Source of the DNA: Clostridiales bacterium
GTDB lineage: Bacteria > Bacillota > Clostridia > Oscillospirales > CAG-272
Assembly: GCA_022793655.1 (NCBI GenBank)
Contig: JAAWDG010000009.1
Span: 57,405-121,404, forward strand
Direction of reading: 5' to 3'
Length of the DNA stretch: 64,000 nucleotides
Of the stretch, positions 19,893 to 30,551 are shown piece after piece. Position numbers and translations under genes: made by a program. A model generated the notes under the pieces. That model saw nothing but the letters and a program-made list of their open reading frames with translations. It did not search any database and was not told the DNA's origin. Within the stretch, counting starts at the first letter, position 1; each line of letters opens with the position of its first letter.

Positions 19893-19938
19893 ATGATATA
19901 ATAAGAACAATCCTAACGGATTATTCTTATTGTATCAT
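19893..19938. promoter_or_regulatory. Long palindrome carrying two facing extended -10 boxes in a divergent intergenic region
   Basis: atgatataataagaacaatcc-taac-ggattattcttattgtatcat has 19/21 complementary arm positions, one further being a T/G wobble. TGATATAAT lies on the plus strand (19894-19902) and TGATACAAT on the minus strand (19937-19929). Confidence 0.5.
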
Positions 19939-20172
19939 ATCAGAAAAATAGTAATTGGTGCATAAAGGCGTCCATTTTGTTAAGTATGTTGTATATGCAG
20001 CTACATATTTACTATACATTATTTTCATTATATTAATAGAAAGGCCGGATGACAAGCAGGCAGTGGTACTGTTTACATAGAATCTACAATCATTGGTCAG
20101 TTTTTTGTTACGGTGTAACAGTAAGCCAGTGAATCGATTGCTAATCGGTTATTAAAACATAAGGATTTCATC

Positions 20173-21312
20173 ATGATAAAGATAAAAGATTTACATAAGT
20201 GCAGCAGCTGCATGGCGTGCATGATGAGCTGCCCGCAGAATGCAATTGCAAAGGCGGAGGGAACGGGAGGAATCGTCTTTCCGGTAGCTGATCGCAGCAA
20301 GTGCATTGACTGCGGCCGTTGTGAAGCGGTTTGCCCCTATATAGCTGGCTATAATAAAACCAGAATAAAGGGTGGCATAGTTGGTTTTACGAAAGAAGAG
20401 TCGATACGGGCGCTCTCGACGGCGGGTGGTCTATTTGCCGTATTAGCTGCTCATGTGTTAGCCCGCGGCGGTCTGGTTTGGGGGGCAGCCTATACGGCGG
20501 AATATAACGTTGTTCACATTTGCATCGAAGATATTGCCGAATTGCCGCTTGTTTTGGGGAAAAAATATGCGCTTTCTCAGCTGGGCGATTCTTTTTTACG
20601 CGTAAAAGAAGCGCTTTTGCAGGATCGTTTGGTTCTTTTTTCAGGTACACCGTGTCAGGTGGCTGGACTGCGGAATTATTTGGGAGAAGTATATGAGAAT
20701 TTATTGTGTGTAGAAGTTCATTGCGGGGGTGCTGTGCCGGCTTATGTATGGCAAAGCTATTTGCAAAGCGAGGGATGTCCAGAATATATTGAGTTTGTAA
20801 ATCGTGTAGATGGATGTAATAAAGCAGGTATCCGCTTTATTTATGATGAGAATACAGAAAAAGTATTAGCGCGTGATGAAATTGCCATGCACAAGGCCAT
20901 TCGCCTGGGCCTTGGTATTAGTCCTTCGTGTGAGAATTGTATATTTGTGAAATCAGGTAGCGCAGCCGATATTACACTTGCTCGTTATAACCCGGCGAAA
21001 GGCGAACAAACAGAAGAAACAGAGGAGTGGGATCCGCATCGGCAGCCAGTGAGTCTCGCGGTATATAATACGCCGGCTGGACAAAGGGTTATCGAATCCA
21101 TTCTTGACATGCTTGTCTATCGGACTATTTCAATTAAAGAAATTCAAAAGCAAATGCGGGGGCATGCCAAGGGAAGACAGCAGGGTGAAAATGCTGCGGA
21201 GTTTATGAAAGCGATAGAAAATATAGATTTTAACCAAGCTTTGGATAAGTATAGCAAAACACGCACGGCCAACAAAATCCATAAAATGCTCAAAAATTTA
21301 TTTTTTAATTAG
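20173..21312 (+). CDS. 4Fe-4S protein, coenzyme F420 hydrogenase/dehydrogenase beta subunit-like
   Basis: N-terminal 2x[4Fe-4S] motifs CSSCMACMMSCP and CIDCGRCEAVCP, then the ~300 aa FrhB-like region common in this family. Confidence 0.6.
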   Translation: MIKIKDLHKCSSCMACMMSCPQNAIAKAEGTGGIVFPVADRSKCIDCGRCEAVCPYIAGYNKTRIKGGIVGFTKEESIRALSTAGGLFAVLAAHVLARGGLVWGAAYTAEYNVVHICIEDIAELPLVLGKKYALSQLGDSFLRVKEALLQDRLVLFSGTPCQVAGLRNYLGEVYENLLCVEVHCGGAVPAYVWQSYLQSEGCPEYIEFVNRVDGCNKAGIRFIYDENTEKVLARDEIAMHKAIRLGLGISPSCENCIFVKSGSAADITLARYNPAKGEQTEETEEWDPHRQPVSLAVYNTPAGQRVIESILDMLVYRTISIKEIQKQMRGHAKGRQQGENAAEFMKAIENIDFNQALDKYSKTRTANKIHKMLKNLFFN

Positions 21313-21577
21313 CCAGGATTTTTATATGAATTTTGCGATGTGTGTGAACACATCGTGACGAAATGGCGTGGGCTATTTAAAGAAGGTTTCAAAATGGTGG
21401 CATTTGAGAAGAATTGGTTGATACTTGTTTTATTGGCACCAGGGTGAGGATCTCGCCATGTTTTCGAAAATGTGGTACTATATTTTCTATGTTTGCAAGC
21501 ATACTTATCAAAAATGATTTGTGTTATGTTTATTGCACGTCAGGCCCTGAAACTATGATTGGTAAAGGAGATTATTT

Positions 21578-22345
21578 ATGTGGAATGTGGCTTTGTATAA
21601 TAAATTCAGCAAAGAACGGATTCAACCCTCTAAAGACTTAGCAGAACGGCTCATGGTGGAAAACTGTAAGAGGGTTATTGATATAGGCTGCGGTTCAGGA
21701 ATGAGCACCTATTGCATTAGAAATCGATTTCCCAATGCAGAGATTGTTGGTGTAGATTTATCGGCGTCTATGCTGAAAAAGGCAAAGGAACTTGTCGAGG
21801 GTGTCGCGTGGATTCAAAGAGATTGTCGGGAATCGCTGGAAGATTTAGGAACATTTGATGTTGTATTTGCCAATGCTTTTTTGCAATGGCTTGATGACCA
21901 AGAGAAATTTATTAAAAACGCTGGCAAATTACTTAACAAAAAAGGTGTGCTTGCTATACAGGTACCCAATTTCAGAGAAATGAAAATCGCAGAAATTCTT
22001 GACAAAGTAGTTGAGCGATATGATAGCAAGCACACTTTGTTTTCAGAGTTGCCGGAAAAGCGGTTTAACTATACGGCAGAAGAATATTATGATATGTTTT
22101 CTAAATACTATTCTGATGTTGAAATGTGGCAGACTTATTATTATCATCCAATGGCGGACAGTGATGCAATTGTTGAATTTATTCAAGGTACTACCTTAAG
22201 ACCATATCTTGCATGCTTGAGTGCGGAACAGGGAAAAGAGTTTTTGGACTTATTAAGGCAAGAAACCGCTATCGGTTACAAGAGCAGCAAAAATGGAAAG
22301 GTTTTGTTTCCTTTCCATCGATTGTTTTTTCTTGCTAAATTGTAA
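21578..22345 (+). CDS. Class I SAM-dependent methyltransferase (trans-aconitate methyltransferase-like)
   Basis: MWNVALYNKFSKERIQPSKDL is a Tam-like N-terminus. SAM motif I is VIDIGCGSGMST. AAAGGAG RBS is present. Confidence 0.75.
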   Translation: MWNVALYNKFSKERIQPSKDLAERLMVENCKRVIDIGCGSGMSTYCIRNRFPNAEIVGVDLSASMLKKAKELVEGVAWIQRDCRESLEDLGTFDVVFANAFLQWLDDQEKFIKNAGKLLNKKGVLAIQVPNFREMKIAEILDKVVERYDSKHTLFSELPEKRFNYTAEEYYDMFSKYYSDVEMWQTYYYHPMADSDAIVEFIQGTTLRPYLACLSAEQGKEFLDLLRQETAIGYKSSKNGKVLFPFHRLFFLAKL

Positions 22346-22390
22346 AGTTGTATTCATTTTAATTTGTCTATGTGAGTGTATTGCAGAAAG

Positions 22391-22436
22391 AAAAGGGAGA
22401 CAACGCAGCAGCGTTGTCTCCCGTATTTTGTTTTTT
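22391..22436. terminator. Bidirectional terminator between convergent genes
   Basis: gggagacaacgc-agca-gcgttgtctccc flanked by an A-run and a T-rich run. Confidence 0.8.
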
Positions 22437-22437
22437 A

Positions 22438-23679
22438 TTAATCAATAATTCTTTTTTTGTGTTTTGATACGGCAAGACCGATAATGAGTGCGATGAGCGC
22501 AATTGCAATGACACCGCAGACGATATATAAAGTGGTGCCTAAGCCATTTCCTTCTGTCTTTAATGTTTCCCAGGATTGGTTCAGATAATTATTTGTCTCT
22601 GTATCGAGATTTTTAAATATCTGCGTAGGAATAGAGGCAAGTGCTTCTTCGCCATATAATAACTCATATGCGTCCGGGTGCAGTTCCTCTCTTAAAAAGT
22701 CAAGATATTCTTCGTCTTGCATAACGGCCGTGTTAGGACATTCGTAGCAAATGGTCATAGCGTTTTGTTTGCAAACCTCAGGATCTAACAAGAAATTGAT
22801 ATAGAGTTCAGCCGCTTCTTTATTTTTACTGTCTTTGGGAATGCACATCGCATCGACAAATTTGTTGGTTCCTTCTTTAGGATAGTAAAAAGCTAAATCT
22901 TCATTTTCTGTATACATGGTGAAAAAGTCACCTGCATAATAAGAGGAGATTGCGGCCTCGCCTGCTTCCATCTTATTGAAAATCTCATCCATAACGTAGC
23001 TGTTTAACAGGGGTTTCTGTTCTTTTAGTTTGTCGAGTGCCTGATCCCACTTTGCCGTATCGGTGGTGTTTACATCCATACCAAGATAGAATTGAGCCGT
23101 GGCCATAGCGTCTCTGGGATTGTTAAATTGCAAAATTTTACCCTTGTACTTTTCGTTGAAAAGCAACGACCAACTTTGCTCTAAGACATCTTCTGGTGAT
23201 ACCATTGTGGTATTATAAATGATGCCGACTCGGCCGCCGGTATAGGGAACGGTGTATTCGTTTGAGGGGTCGTAAGATAAATTAAGATATTCCTCTGGAA
23301 TGTATTTATAATTCGGGATATTCGAGTAATCTATTTTTTGCAGCAAATCTTCAGCGATCATTTTTTCGATCATATAATCCGATGGGACGATGACATCATA
23401 AGGAACGCCACCGGCTTTAATAATGGCGTACATGGCTTCATTCGTATCAAACATCTCATAATTCACACGAATGCCGGTAAGTTTGTAAAATTCTTCATTG
23501 ACATTATAGCTGCCTTCGGTGCCATCGGCGATATATTCGCCCCAGTTATAGACATTTAGTGTAGTGCCTGCGTATTTTGAATAGTCAATGTTGGTGGTTG
23601 TTTCTTCAAAAGAAAAAACAGGCAGACAAGCGGTGAAGGCCAATACAAGGCCAAGGAGGAATCCGAAACATTTTTTCAT
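22438..23679 (-). CDS. potD: Spermidine/putrescine ABC transporter substrate-binding protein with an extra C-terminal TM anchor
   Basis: PotD-like sequence with an N-terminal signal peptide. The C-terminal hydrophobic segment LYIVCGVIAIALIALIIGLAV is followed by SKHKKR. Confidence 0.85.
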   Translation of the reverse strand: MKKCFGFLLGLVLAFTACLPVFSFEETTTNIDYSKYAGTTLNVYNWGEYIADGTEGSYNVNEEFYKLTGIRVNYEMFDTNEAMYAIIKAGGVPYDVIVPSDYMIEKMIAEDLLQKIDYSNIPNYKYIPEEYLNLSYDPSNEYTVPYTGGRVGIIYNTTMVSPEDVLEQSWSLLFNEKYKGKILQFNNPRDAMATAQFYLGMDVNTTDTAKWDQALDKLKEQKPLLNSYVMDEIFNKMEAGEAAISSYYAGDFFTMYTENEDLAFYYPKEGTNKFVDAMCIPKDSKNKEAAELYINFLLDPEVCKQNAMTICYECPNTAVMQDEEYLDFLREELHPDAYELLYGEEALASIPTQIFKNLDTETNNYLNQSWETLKTEGNGLGTTLYIVCGVIAIALIALIIGLAVSKHKKRIID

Positions 23680-23685
23680 TCTTTT

Positions 23686-24531
23686 TTATCCTTTCTTTTG
23701 CAATGCTTTTCGTGTTCTTTTTTTCTCTTTGCCTTGCTTGGCAAGTTTGTGCCGATCGGCAAAAGAGGGCAGATTGGAAAGAAGCATTAAAAGTAAAATA
23801 GTAACAAATATAAGTGTTGAGAGTGCGTACATATCAGGTGTGACTGTTTTTTTCGTCATGGAGTAAATGAGCAGAGGCAGTGTTTGAAAGCCAGAGCTCG
23901 TGAAATGACTAATGACAAAGTCATCAATCGATAAAGTCACGGCCATGACAAACCCAGTAAAGATCCCCGGCATAATTTGAGGCACCTCAATTTTGAAAAA
24001 AGCCCTAAGCGGGGTACAGCCTAAATCGAGTGCAGCTTCGGGCAGGTTTTTGTCCATCTGTTTGAATTTAGGAAGTACCGAAACAATAACATACGGTAAA
24101 TTGAAGGTCACATGGGCGATAAGCAGTGTGACGAAATTAAGGCTGTTGGAAGCGCCTATGGCCCGGCCGATAAACACAAACAGCAGCATCATGGAAACGC
24201 CGGTGACAATATCAGGATTCATCATGGGTACATTGGTTACATTCATGACGGCCGCTTTTGTATATTTGCCGCGAAATTTATGTAATCCCGCAGCGGCGGC
24301 TGTGCCTAAGATAGTGGCAATTCCCGCAGAGGAGAGCGCTAAGATAAGCGAATTTAACAGCGCATTCATAGCCGCTCGATTTTGAAAGATCTCTTTATAC
24401 CAATAGAGCGAAAAACCGCTGAAAACCCCAGTGCTTCGGCCCGCATTGAAAGAAAACAAAATGAGCACGGCAATGGGCGCATACAAAAAGAAAAAGACCA
24501 AAAACATACACAGCTTAGAAAGAATTTTCAT
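23686..24531 (-). CDS. potC: Spermidine/putrescine ABC transporter permease
   Basis: 281 aa, 6-TM permease with the EAA-like loop PEAALDLGCTPLRAF. Confidence 0.85.
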   Translation of the reverse strand: MKILSKLCMFLVFFFLYAPIAVLILFSFNAGRSTGVFSGFSLYWYKEIFQNRAAMNALLNSLILALSSAGIATILGTAAAAGLHKFRGKYTKAAVMNVTNVPMMNPDIVTGVSMMLLFVFIGRAIGASNSLNFVTLLIAHVTFNLPYVIVSVLPKFKQMDKNLPEAALDLGCTPLRAFFKIEVPQIMPGIFTGFVMAVTLSIDDFVISHFTSSGFQTLPLLIYSMTKKTVTPDMYALSTLIFVTILLLMLLSNLPSFADRHKLAKQGKEKKRTRKALQKKG

Positions 24532-25370
24532 ATGATCATCCCTCCTGTTTTGGCTTCTTCCTCTTCATCAGAGAAGCGATTCATGACGGCCATGCAAAGC
24601 AAAATGAGTATCATGAGGACAAAAGACATCGCGGCACCTAAATTATAGTTATAATTGCTCATGAATTGCCGTTCAATCGCATCGCCAATCATATCATAGT
24701 TGCCGCCGCCAAGCTTTTGCGAGATATAAAAGGTAGAAATCGAGGGCACAAACACCATCGTAATGCCCGAAATAATGCCGGAAATACTAAGAGGCAGGGT
24801 GATTTTAGTCAGCACTTGTGAAGTGCTGGCGCCTAAATCTCTTGCGGCTTCAATCAGACGGTGGTCAATTTTGACGATGACCGAATAGATAGGCAGAATC
24901 ATATACGGCAGATAATTATAGACCATGCCCAAGATAACAGCGCCTGGCGTGTTGATAATATGAATTTTGTTAAGACCGACCGCGCTTAGAATTTCATTGA
25001 GAAAACCAGTGTCTTGAATAATGGCCATCCAAGAATAAGTGCGAATTAATAGGTTCATCCACATGGGCAGCATAATGAGCATGATCAGTGTGCCTTGTAT
25101 ATGCTTGCGGGAGCGTGCAATGATGTAAGCAACCGGATAGGCGATCATCAGACAGATAACCGTGGCGATGAGCGAATAGCTGATTGAACGCAAAAAGGTC
25201 ATTCGGTAATTCTCGGCGGTCAGCGCCGCGATGTTGGAGAGGGTGAATGCGCCCGTACTGTCGGTAAACGCGTAATAAGCGACAAAAAGCAAAGGGGCTA
25301 CAATGAATAGTACTGACCAGACAAGATGCGGTGCGGCCGCTAATTTGCGAAAAGAGAAGGCCCGCTTCAT
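24528..25370 (-). CDS. potB: Spermidine/putrescine ABC transporter permease
   Basis: 280 aa permease with the EAA loop [10 protein letters not shown]. Overlaps both neighbours by 4 nt. Confidence 0.85.
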   Translation of the reverse strand: MKRAFSFRKLAAAPHLVWSVLFIVAPLLFVAYYAFTDSTGAFTLSNIAALTAENYRMTFLRSISYSLIATVICLMIAYPVAYIIARSRKHIQGTLIMLIMLPMWMNLLIRTYSWMAIIQDTGFLNEILSAVGLNKIHIINTPGAVILGMVYNYLPYMILPIYSVIVKIDHRLIEAARDLGASTSQVLTKITLPLSISGIISGITMVFVPSISTFYISQKLGGGNYDMIGDAIERQFMSNYNYNLGAAMSFVLMILILLCMAVMNRFSDEEEEAKTGGMII

Positions 25371-26515
25371 GCTTCTTCACCCGCTTTAGCGTCAGACAGG
25401 GTGTCTATTTCGTCTGAGAAAGAACTGTAGTCGCCAAATGTACCCGAATAAATACTTTTGCGCATGACTTGAATTTCGTAGGGATCGATCGAAATACCAA
25501 TGGTTGCTCCTACCGTTTGCCGGTCTGTTGTTTCAATCATCCATTTAAAACCTTCAATATCGACGATAATTTCATAATAATCACCCTTAAAGGTGACTGA
25601 TTCGACATCACCAGTCAACATACTGTCGGCGACCGAAACAATGTCAATATCCTCCGGCCGTACAACGACATCTACCGGTTCATTTTTGCCAAACCCTTTG
25701 TCTTCGCACTTAAAGGTTTGACCGGCAAAAGAAACAAGATAATCCTCTAACATGACGCCGTCTACAATATTGGATTCGCCGATGAAATTAGCCACAAATG
25801 CATTTTCGGGCTCATTATAAATATCTTCTGGCCGGCCAATTTGCTGGATTTTGCCGTCTGCCATGACGACAATCGTGTCGGACATAGAAAGGGCCTCTTC
25901 CTGGTCATGCGTGACATAAATAAAGGTAATGCCTGTGTTTTTCTGCATCTCTTTTAATTCACGCTGCATATCTTTACGAAGTTTTAGATCCAGCGCGCCG
26001 AGCGGCTCATCGAGTAAAAGCACACGGGGCTGGTTGACCAGCGCGCGCGCAATGGCCACCCGTTGCTGCTGGCCCCCTGACAGCGAATCAACATGGCGTC
26101 TTTCAAAGCCAGATAAATTAACTTTGGCGAGCATATTTTTAACCGCGCTGCGAATTTCAGCTTCTGTTTTTTTTGAAATGCGTAGACCAAAGGCAATATT
26201 TTCATATACGTTTAAATGGGGAAAGAGGGCATAGCGCTGAAAAACGGTATTAACGCTTCGCTTATGGGGCGGAAGGTTGTTTATTTTTTTGCCGTCAAAG
26301 AAAACGTCCCCACTATCCGCAGTTTCAAAACCGCCAATGATACGAAGGGTCGTTGTTTTACCGCATCCGGACGGGCCAAGAAGTGTAATGAATTCGTCGT
26401 CATGTATGTCAAGCGAGATACCATCTAATACACGTTCGCCGCCAAATGCTTTCGATATGTTTTTTAATTCGACGATCTTGCCGCCGCCAGGCTTATTTTC
26501 AACCGTTTTTTTCAA
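25367..26515 (-). CDS. potA: Spermidine/putrescine ABC transporter ATP-binding protein
   Basis: [35 protein letters not shown], plus a C-terminal TOBE-like domain. Confidence 0.9.
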   Translation of the reverse strand: MKKTVENKPGGGKIVELKNISKAFGGERVLDGISLDIHDDEFITLLGPSGCGKTTTLRIIGGFETADSGDVFFDGKKINNLPPHKRSVNTVFQRYALFPHLNVYENIAFGLRISKKTEAEIRSAVKNMLAKVNLSGFERRHVDSLSGGQQQRVAIARALVNQPRVLLLDEPLGALDLKLRKDMQRELKEMQKNTGITFIYVTHDQEEALSMSDTIVVMADGKIQQIGRPEDIYNEPENAFVANFIGESNIVDGVMLEDYLVSFAGQTFKCEDKGFGKNEPVDVVVRPEDIDIVSVADSMLTGDVESVTFKGDYYEIIVDIEGFKWMIETTDRQTVGATIGISIDPYEIQVMRKSIYSGTFGDYSSFSDEIDTLSDAKAGEEA

Positions 26516-26619
26516 TTTATCGATCCATGCCTCCTGCTTAAAATATGTATAAAAAAAGAATTAGTATTATTCTATCAAACAACCCTCAAAATTGCAAGAG
26601 TTTTGTCTAAAATAATCTA

Positions 26620-27183
26620 TTATTTTTCGGCAGAAAGATAGCTGCAGAAAATAACACAGCAAAGCAGCAGCAACGTGATGTTCCATTCCGTGTAGAGAAA
26701 CAGAATAACAGCAAATAAATAGACGATGAAAAGAAAGCATAAAGCAATCATTCGGCTGATTTGATCTGCTTTGTCGTAATCAATTTTGGCAAGCAGCAAA
26801 TAGCGCAGTGCAAGACCCCCGTCAAGTGGAAGAATGGGCAGAAGATTCAGGAGCGTACAACACAAATTGACGGCAGAAAATTCATAAAAGCCAAGCAGGT
26901 AAGAGAGAAGCGCCGTGACTAAACCGGCCAAAGGTCCTGCGGCACAGATGAGTGCATCGCTCATATAAGAGCAGGGACCATAGCGTTTAATGTCAAGGCC
27001 GGCCGGCGTAATGCTAAGAGATTCTACCGTTAGTTTTTTTGCTTTAATGGCGAGCAAATGACCTATTTCATGCAGTGTACATGCACCTAAAATATAGGCA
27101 AAGACGCGAGGTCCGCAGAAAAGAAAAAGGGCAGGATAGGAAATAAATGATAAAGGAGCAATTCTAAACTTTTTCATATTCAC
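26620..27183 (-). CDS. Small M50-family (site-2 protease-like) membrane metalloprotease
   Basis: HEIGH zinc motif in a TM helix, plus NLLPILPLDGG (the conserved LDG motif). Confidence 0.7.
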   Translation of the reverse strand: MNMKKFRIAPLSFISYPALFLFCGPRVFAYILGACTLHEIGHLLAIKAKKLTVESLSITPAGLDIKRYGPCSYMSDALICAAGPLAGLVTALLSYLLGFYEFSAVNLCCTLLNLLPILPLDGGLALRYLLLAKIDYDKADQISRMIALCFLFIVYLFAVILFLYTEWNITLLLLCCVIFCSYLSAEK

Positions 27184-27280
27184 AGAATTATGCTTAGCGC
27201 CCCTTTTTTATGTCTTTTTGTTTTGTATAGTTAAGATTGGCATATCGTTAATTTTTAAGCTATTTTCTCGTGCGGTTTTA

Positions 27281-27309
27281 TTGCATTTCACAAAATGCTG
27301 TGGTAAAAT
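27281..27309 (+). promoter_or_regulatory. Sigma-A-type promoter
   Basis: TTGCAT, a 17-nt spacer, then TGgTAAAAT, about 70 nt upstream of CDS 27381. Confidence 0.55.
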
Positions 27310-27380
27310 GAAGCAAGTCAAAGCGATGCGCTTAGATTTTACACAAAAAGTATTGCATAAAAGGATTAAAGGTGATAAAA

Positions 27381-28637
27381 ATGGCAAAGCAAATGAAGAT
27401 TTTGGTGGCCGGTCTTGGCTCCAGGTGGGGCTTGTATGCCGAGTACGTACGAAAGCATCCGGATGACATCAAAATAGTGGGTTTGGCCGACGCAAATGAG
27501 AGCCGTCTTCAGGCCTATGCAGAAGAATTTGGCGTGCCTGAAAGTGCTTGCTTTACCGACGCAAATACGATGTTTGAAGCGGGTATTGAGGCAGATGGCG
27601 CGGTAATTTGCACCATGGATCAGCTGCATTATACCAATGCGATGACGGCTATGAAACAGGGCTATCATTTGATGCTTGAAAAACCGGTGGCTCTGCGTGC
27701 GGAAGAGTGTGTAGCGATACGCGATTATGCCAATGAACATGGTTTAAATGTAGTGGTGTGTCATGTGCTGCGGTATACACCGTTTTATCAAAAGATTAAA
27801 GAAATTATTGATTCAGGCATGATTGGCGAGGTTTGTACCATTCAGGCAATGGAGCGTGTTGAATATTGGCATATGGCTCATTCATATGTCAGAGGCAATT
27901 GGCGCTGCTCTGAGCAGAGCAGTCCTATGATCTTAGCGAAAGCGTGCCATGATACAGATATTTTGCTGTGGCTTTGCGGCAAAAAATGTAAATCAGTATC
28001 CAGCTTTGGCAGTTTGAAATATTTTGGTAAGAAAGATCAGCCAGAGGGGGCTGCCGACCGTTGCTTAGCCTGCCGTTATGTAGACGATTGTCCATATAGT
28101 GCGAAACTGCATTATATCGAGGAAGCAAAAAAAGGACGCCGCGATTGGCCATTGGATGTAGTGGCGAAGAATCCTACGCCTGAAGCGTTGGAAGAAGCGC
28201 TCAAGACCAGCCCTTATGGAAAATGCGTCTATTTGTGTGATAACAATGTGGTGGATCACCAAATTTTGAATCTTTGGATGGAAGATGACGTTGCCATTAG
28301 TTTCACCATGAGTTCGTTTAATACAAAGAGCGGCCGCATGATTAATATCATGGCGACGCATGGTAATATTTACGCAGATATGGGTGACAATGTCATTACC
28401 TTAGATGTTTTTGGCAAAACGCATGAGGTGATTGATGTGAACAAGCTGGCAACTGAATTTAATGGACATGGCGGCGGCGACGACCGTTTGTTCGAGGATT
28501 TTATTACTCTGCTTCGAGAGGGACGTTCACAGGCCAAGACGCTGACCGATATTAACCGGTCGGTAGAAAGCCATTTCATTTGTTTGGCGGCTGAACAATC
28601 TCGTGTTCATGGCGGCGAGGTCGTTACCTTGTCGTAA
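27381..28637 (+). CDS. Gfo/Idh/MocA family oxidoreductase
   Basis: N-terminal Rossmann motif KILVAGLGSRWG, EKP motif (MLEKPVA), and a long C-terminal alpha/beta domain. Confidence 0.8.
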   Translation: MAKQMKILVAGLGSRWGLYAEYVRKHPDDIKIVGLADANESRLQAYAEEFGVPESACFTDANTMFEAGIEADGAVICTMDQLHYTNAMTAMKQGYHLMLEKPVALRAEECVAIRDYANEHGLNVVVCHVLRYTPFYQKIKEIIDSGMIGEVCTIQAMERVEYWHMAHSYVRGNWRCSEQSSPMILAKACHDTDILLWLCGKKCKSVSSFGSLKYFGKKDQPEGAADRCLACRYVDDCPYSAKLHYIEEAKKGRRDWPLDVVAKNPTPEALEEALKTSPYGKCVYLCDNNVVDHQILNLWMEDDVAISFTMSSFNTKSGRMINIMATHGNIYADMGDNVITLDVFGKTHEVIDVNKLATEFNGHGGGDDRLFEDFITLLREGRSQAKTLTDINRSVESHFICLAAEQSRVHGGEVVTLS

Positions 28638-28706
28638 CTTTGGTGAAGCATTTCTTGGCAGATGAAGTACGTCAAAACGCAGCATTATAGCAGAATTATA
28701 TAAGAA

Positions 28707-28750
28707 CGAAAACAACTCCGCGGGTGTTACCTGCGGAGTTGTTATATGTT
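28707..28750. terminator. Hairpin terminator between convergent genes
   Basis: aacaactccgc-gggtgttacct-gcggagttgtt with an A-run upstream and a T-rich tail. Confidence 0.55.
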
Positions 28751-28834
28751 TTGCTATTGTGAATCAGTTTATGCCATCCTGTTAGCCTATATAGGCGGGG
28801 CAATCTATATCTTTTCTTCCCGGCTTTCCATGCT

Positions 28835-29521
28835 TTATTTCAAGCTCTCTATCCACGCTTTTATATCATCGTTTGACGCGTTGGAAGAAAATCGATGTCC
28901 TGCTTGCCAATTGCCTTTTCTCGCCGTCTCGGATAAAAGTTTGTCGCTGTTGCCAATTCCCGATGATGCCGATGTGCAGAATGGAATGACAGTTTTGTCT
29001 TGAAAATCATTATTTTTAACAAAGCTGTCTGTTGGCCATGCGGCAACACCCCACCAAATGGGATAGCCAATGAAAACGGTGTCGTAGTCCTCCCAATGCG
29101 CGGCTTGTGAAACGGTTAGTGGTACATCTCTCAATGTTTCGTCATTATGTTCTTTTGATACACGCGAGTTTTCGTTGTTCCAATTCAAATCGTCTGCGGT
29201 ATAAATATTTTCCGGTACAATTTCAAAGATATCTGCGTTTAAATTTGCCGCAATTTGTTCGGCCACTTTTCGGGTAGAGCCTGTTGCTGAATAGTAGACG
29301 ACCAATGTTTTGTTATGAGATGTTAGGTCCAAATCCGTTGGCTCCGTTTCAGTGTTGTTTTGGCCGGTTTCATTGGTTGTTTCTTCATTTGATTGCTTTT
29401 GATTCATAGAAGCATTCTCGTTGTCTGCTGTTCGGTTGGGTTTATTGAGAATAAAATATGCGCTAACACCGGCTGCTGTTATAACAACGGCTATGATTCC
29501 TATGATTATTTTCTGTTTCAT
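28835..29521 (-). CDS. Membrane-anchored flavodoxin-like protein
   Basis: MKQKIIIGIIAVVITAAGVSAYFIL anchor, a low-complexity linker, then a flavodoxin fold (LVVYYSATGSTRKVAE..., GYPIWWG). AAGGAGG RBS lies 11 nt after the AKR stop. Confidence 0.75.
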   Translation of the reverse strand: MKQKIIIGIIAVVITAAGVSAYFILNKPNRTADNENASMNQKQSNEETTNETGQNNTETEPTDLDLTSHNKTLVVYYSATGSTRKVAEQIAANLNADIFEIVPENIYTADDLNWNNENSRVSKEHNDETLRDVPLTVSQAAHWEDYDTVFIGYPIWWGVAAWPTDSFVKNNDFQDKTVIPFCTSASSGIGNSDKLLSETARKGNWQAGHRFSSNASNDDIKAWIESLK

Positions 29522-29532
29522 GTCTTTCCTCC

Positions 29533-30423
29533 TTACCAGGTTTTGTTGTCCTTGCGGCAATCTTCATTTGTTCTTCTTTCTTTTACAATACGATCAAACC
29601 ATTCGACCATGGCGGGGTCTTGGTGATTGAAGAATAAACTCTCATTTGTATTCATTTTTTCAATTTCTTCCATATCTTCATGAGTTAAAGCAAAATCAAA
29701 TACAGCAAAGTTTTCTTTCATTCTTTCAACATGAGTGGATTTGCATACAACAATTACCCCTCTTTGTATTAACCAGCGAAGCATCACCTGTGCAGCGCTT
29801 TTATCATATTTTTGACCGATATGGGTGAGTGTGTTATTTTCAAACAAACCGTTTCGCCCTTCGCCAAAGGGGGCCCATGCTTCCATATGAACGCTGTATT
29901 TTTCCATGTTGGCTTGTGCTTTGAATTGGGCGTTGAAAGGGTTGACTTCTACCTGGTTTACCGCCGGTATAATTTTTCGTTCAAACAGACATAGATCGCT
30001 TAATCGATCCGGATAAAAATTCGATACGCCGATGGCTTTGATTTTTCCTTCTTCATACAAATCTTCAAGCGCTCTGTATGCACCATAGTAGTCAGAAAAG
30101 GGTTGATGAAGTAATACCAGATCAATATAATCTGTTTTTAATTTTCTTAAAGATTCTTCCATTGACTTTCTGCATTTTTCATAGCCATAATTGTCAATCC
30201 ACACCTTGGTGGTGATAAAGAACTCATGGCGGGGAATTTGGCATGATACGAGAGCTTCTCCTACTTCTGCTTCGTTAAAATAGCTTTGCGCCGTATCAAT
30301 ACTTCTATATCCAGCCTGAATTGCATCGCATACACAGCGCTTTGTTTCTTCTTTGGGGATTTGATAAACGCCAAAGCCCAGTATAGGCATTTTTATGCCA
30401 TTGTTTAAGGTAACGTATTCCAT
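29533..30423 (-). CDS. Aldo/keto reductase
   Basis: MPILGFGVYQ, IDTAQSYFNE, LHQP and IPKS-like AKR signatures. No signal peptide. Confidence 0.9.
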   Translation of the reverse strand: MEYVTLNNGIKMPILGFGVYQIPKEETKRCVCDAIQAGYRSIDTAQSYFNEAEVGEALVSCQIPRHEFFITTKVWIDNYGYEKCRKSMEESLRKLKTDYIDLVLLHQPFSDYYGAYRALEDLYEEGKIKAIGVSNFYPDRLSDLCLFERKIIPAVNQVEVNPFNAQFKAQANMEKYSVHMEAWAPFGEGRNGLFENNTLTHIGQKYDKSAAQVMLRWLIQRGVIVVCKSTHVERMKENFAVFDFALTHEDMEEIEKMNTNESLFFNHQDPAMVEWFDRIVKERRTNEDCRKDNKTW

Positions 30424-30551
30424 GGTTTCATCCTTTCTTGATTGACTAAAATTGTGGTTTATGCTATTATTATAAATGTCGTGTGTTACACCCGGTCAAT
30501 ACCTTTTTAGAAAATTTATGATAAAAATAACTGTATTTTTGTGAAAATGAG

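Noticed and set aside
24994-25380. A 128-aa ORF overlapping potB in another frame.
   Set aside because: It lies entirely within potB, which has clear permease features. The ORF itself has no independent signals.
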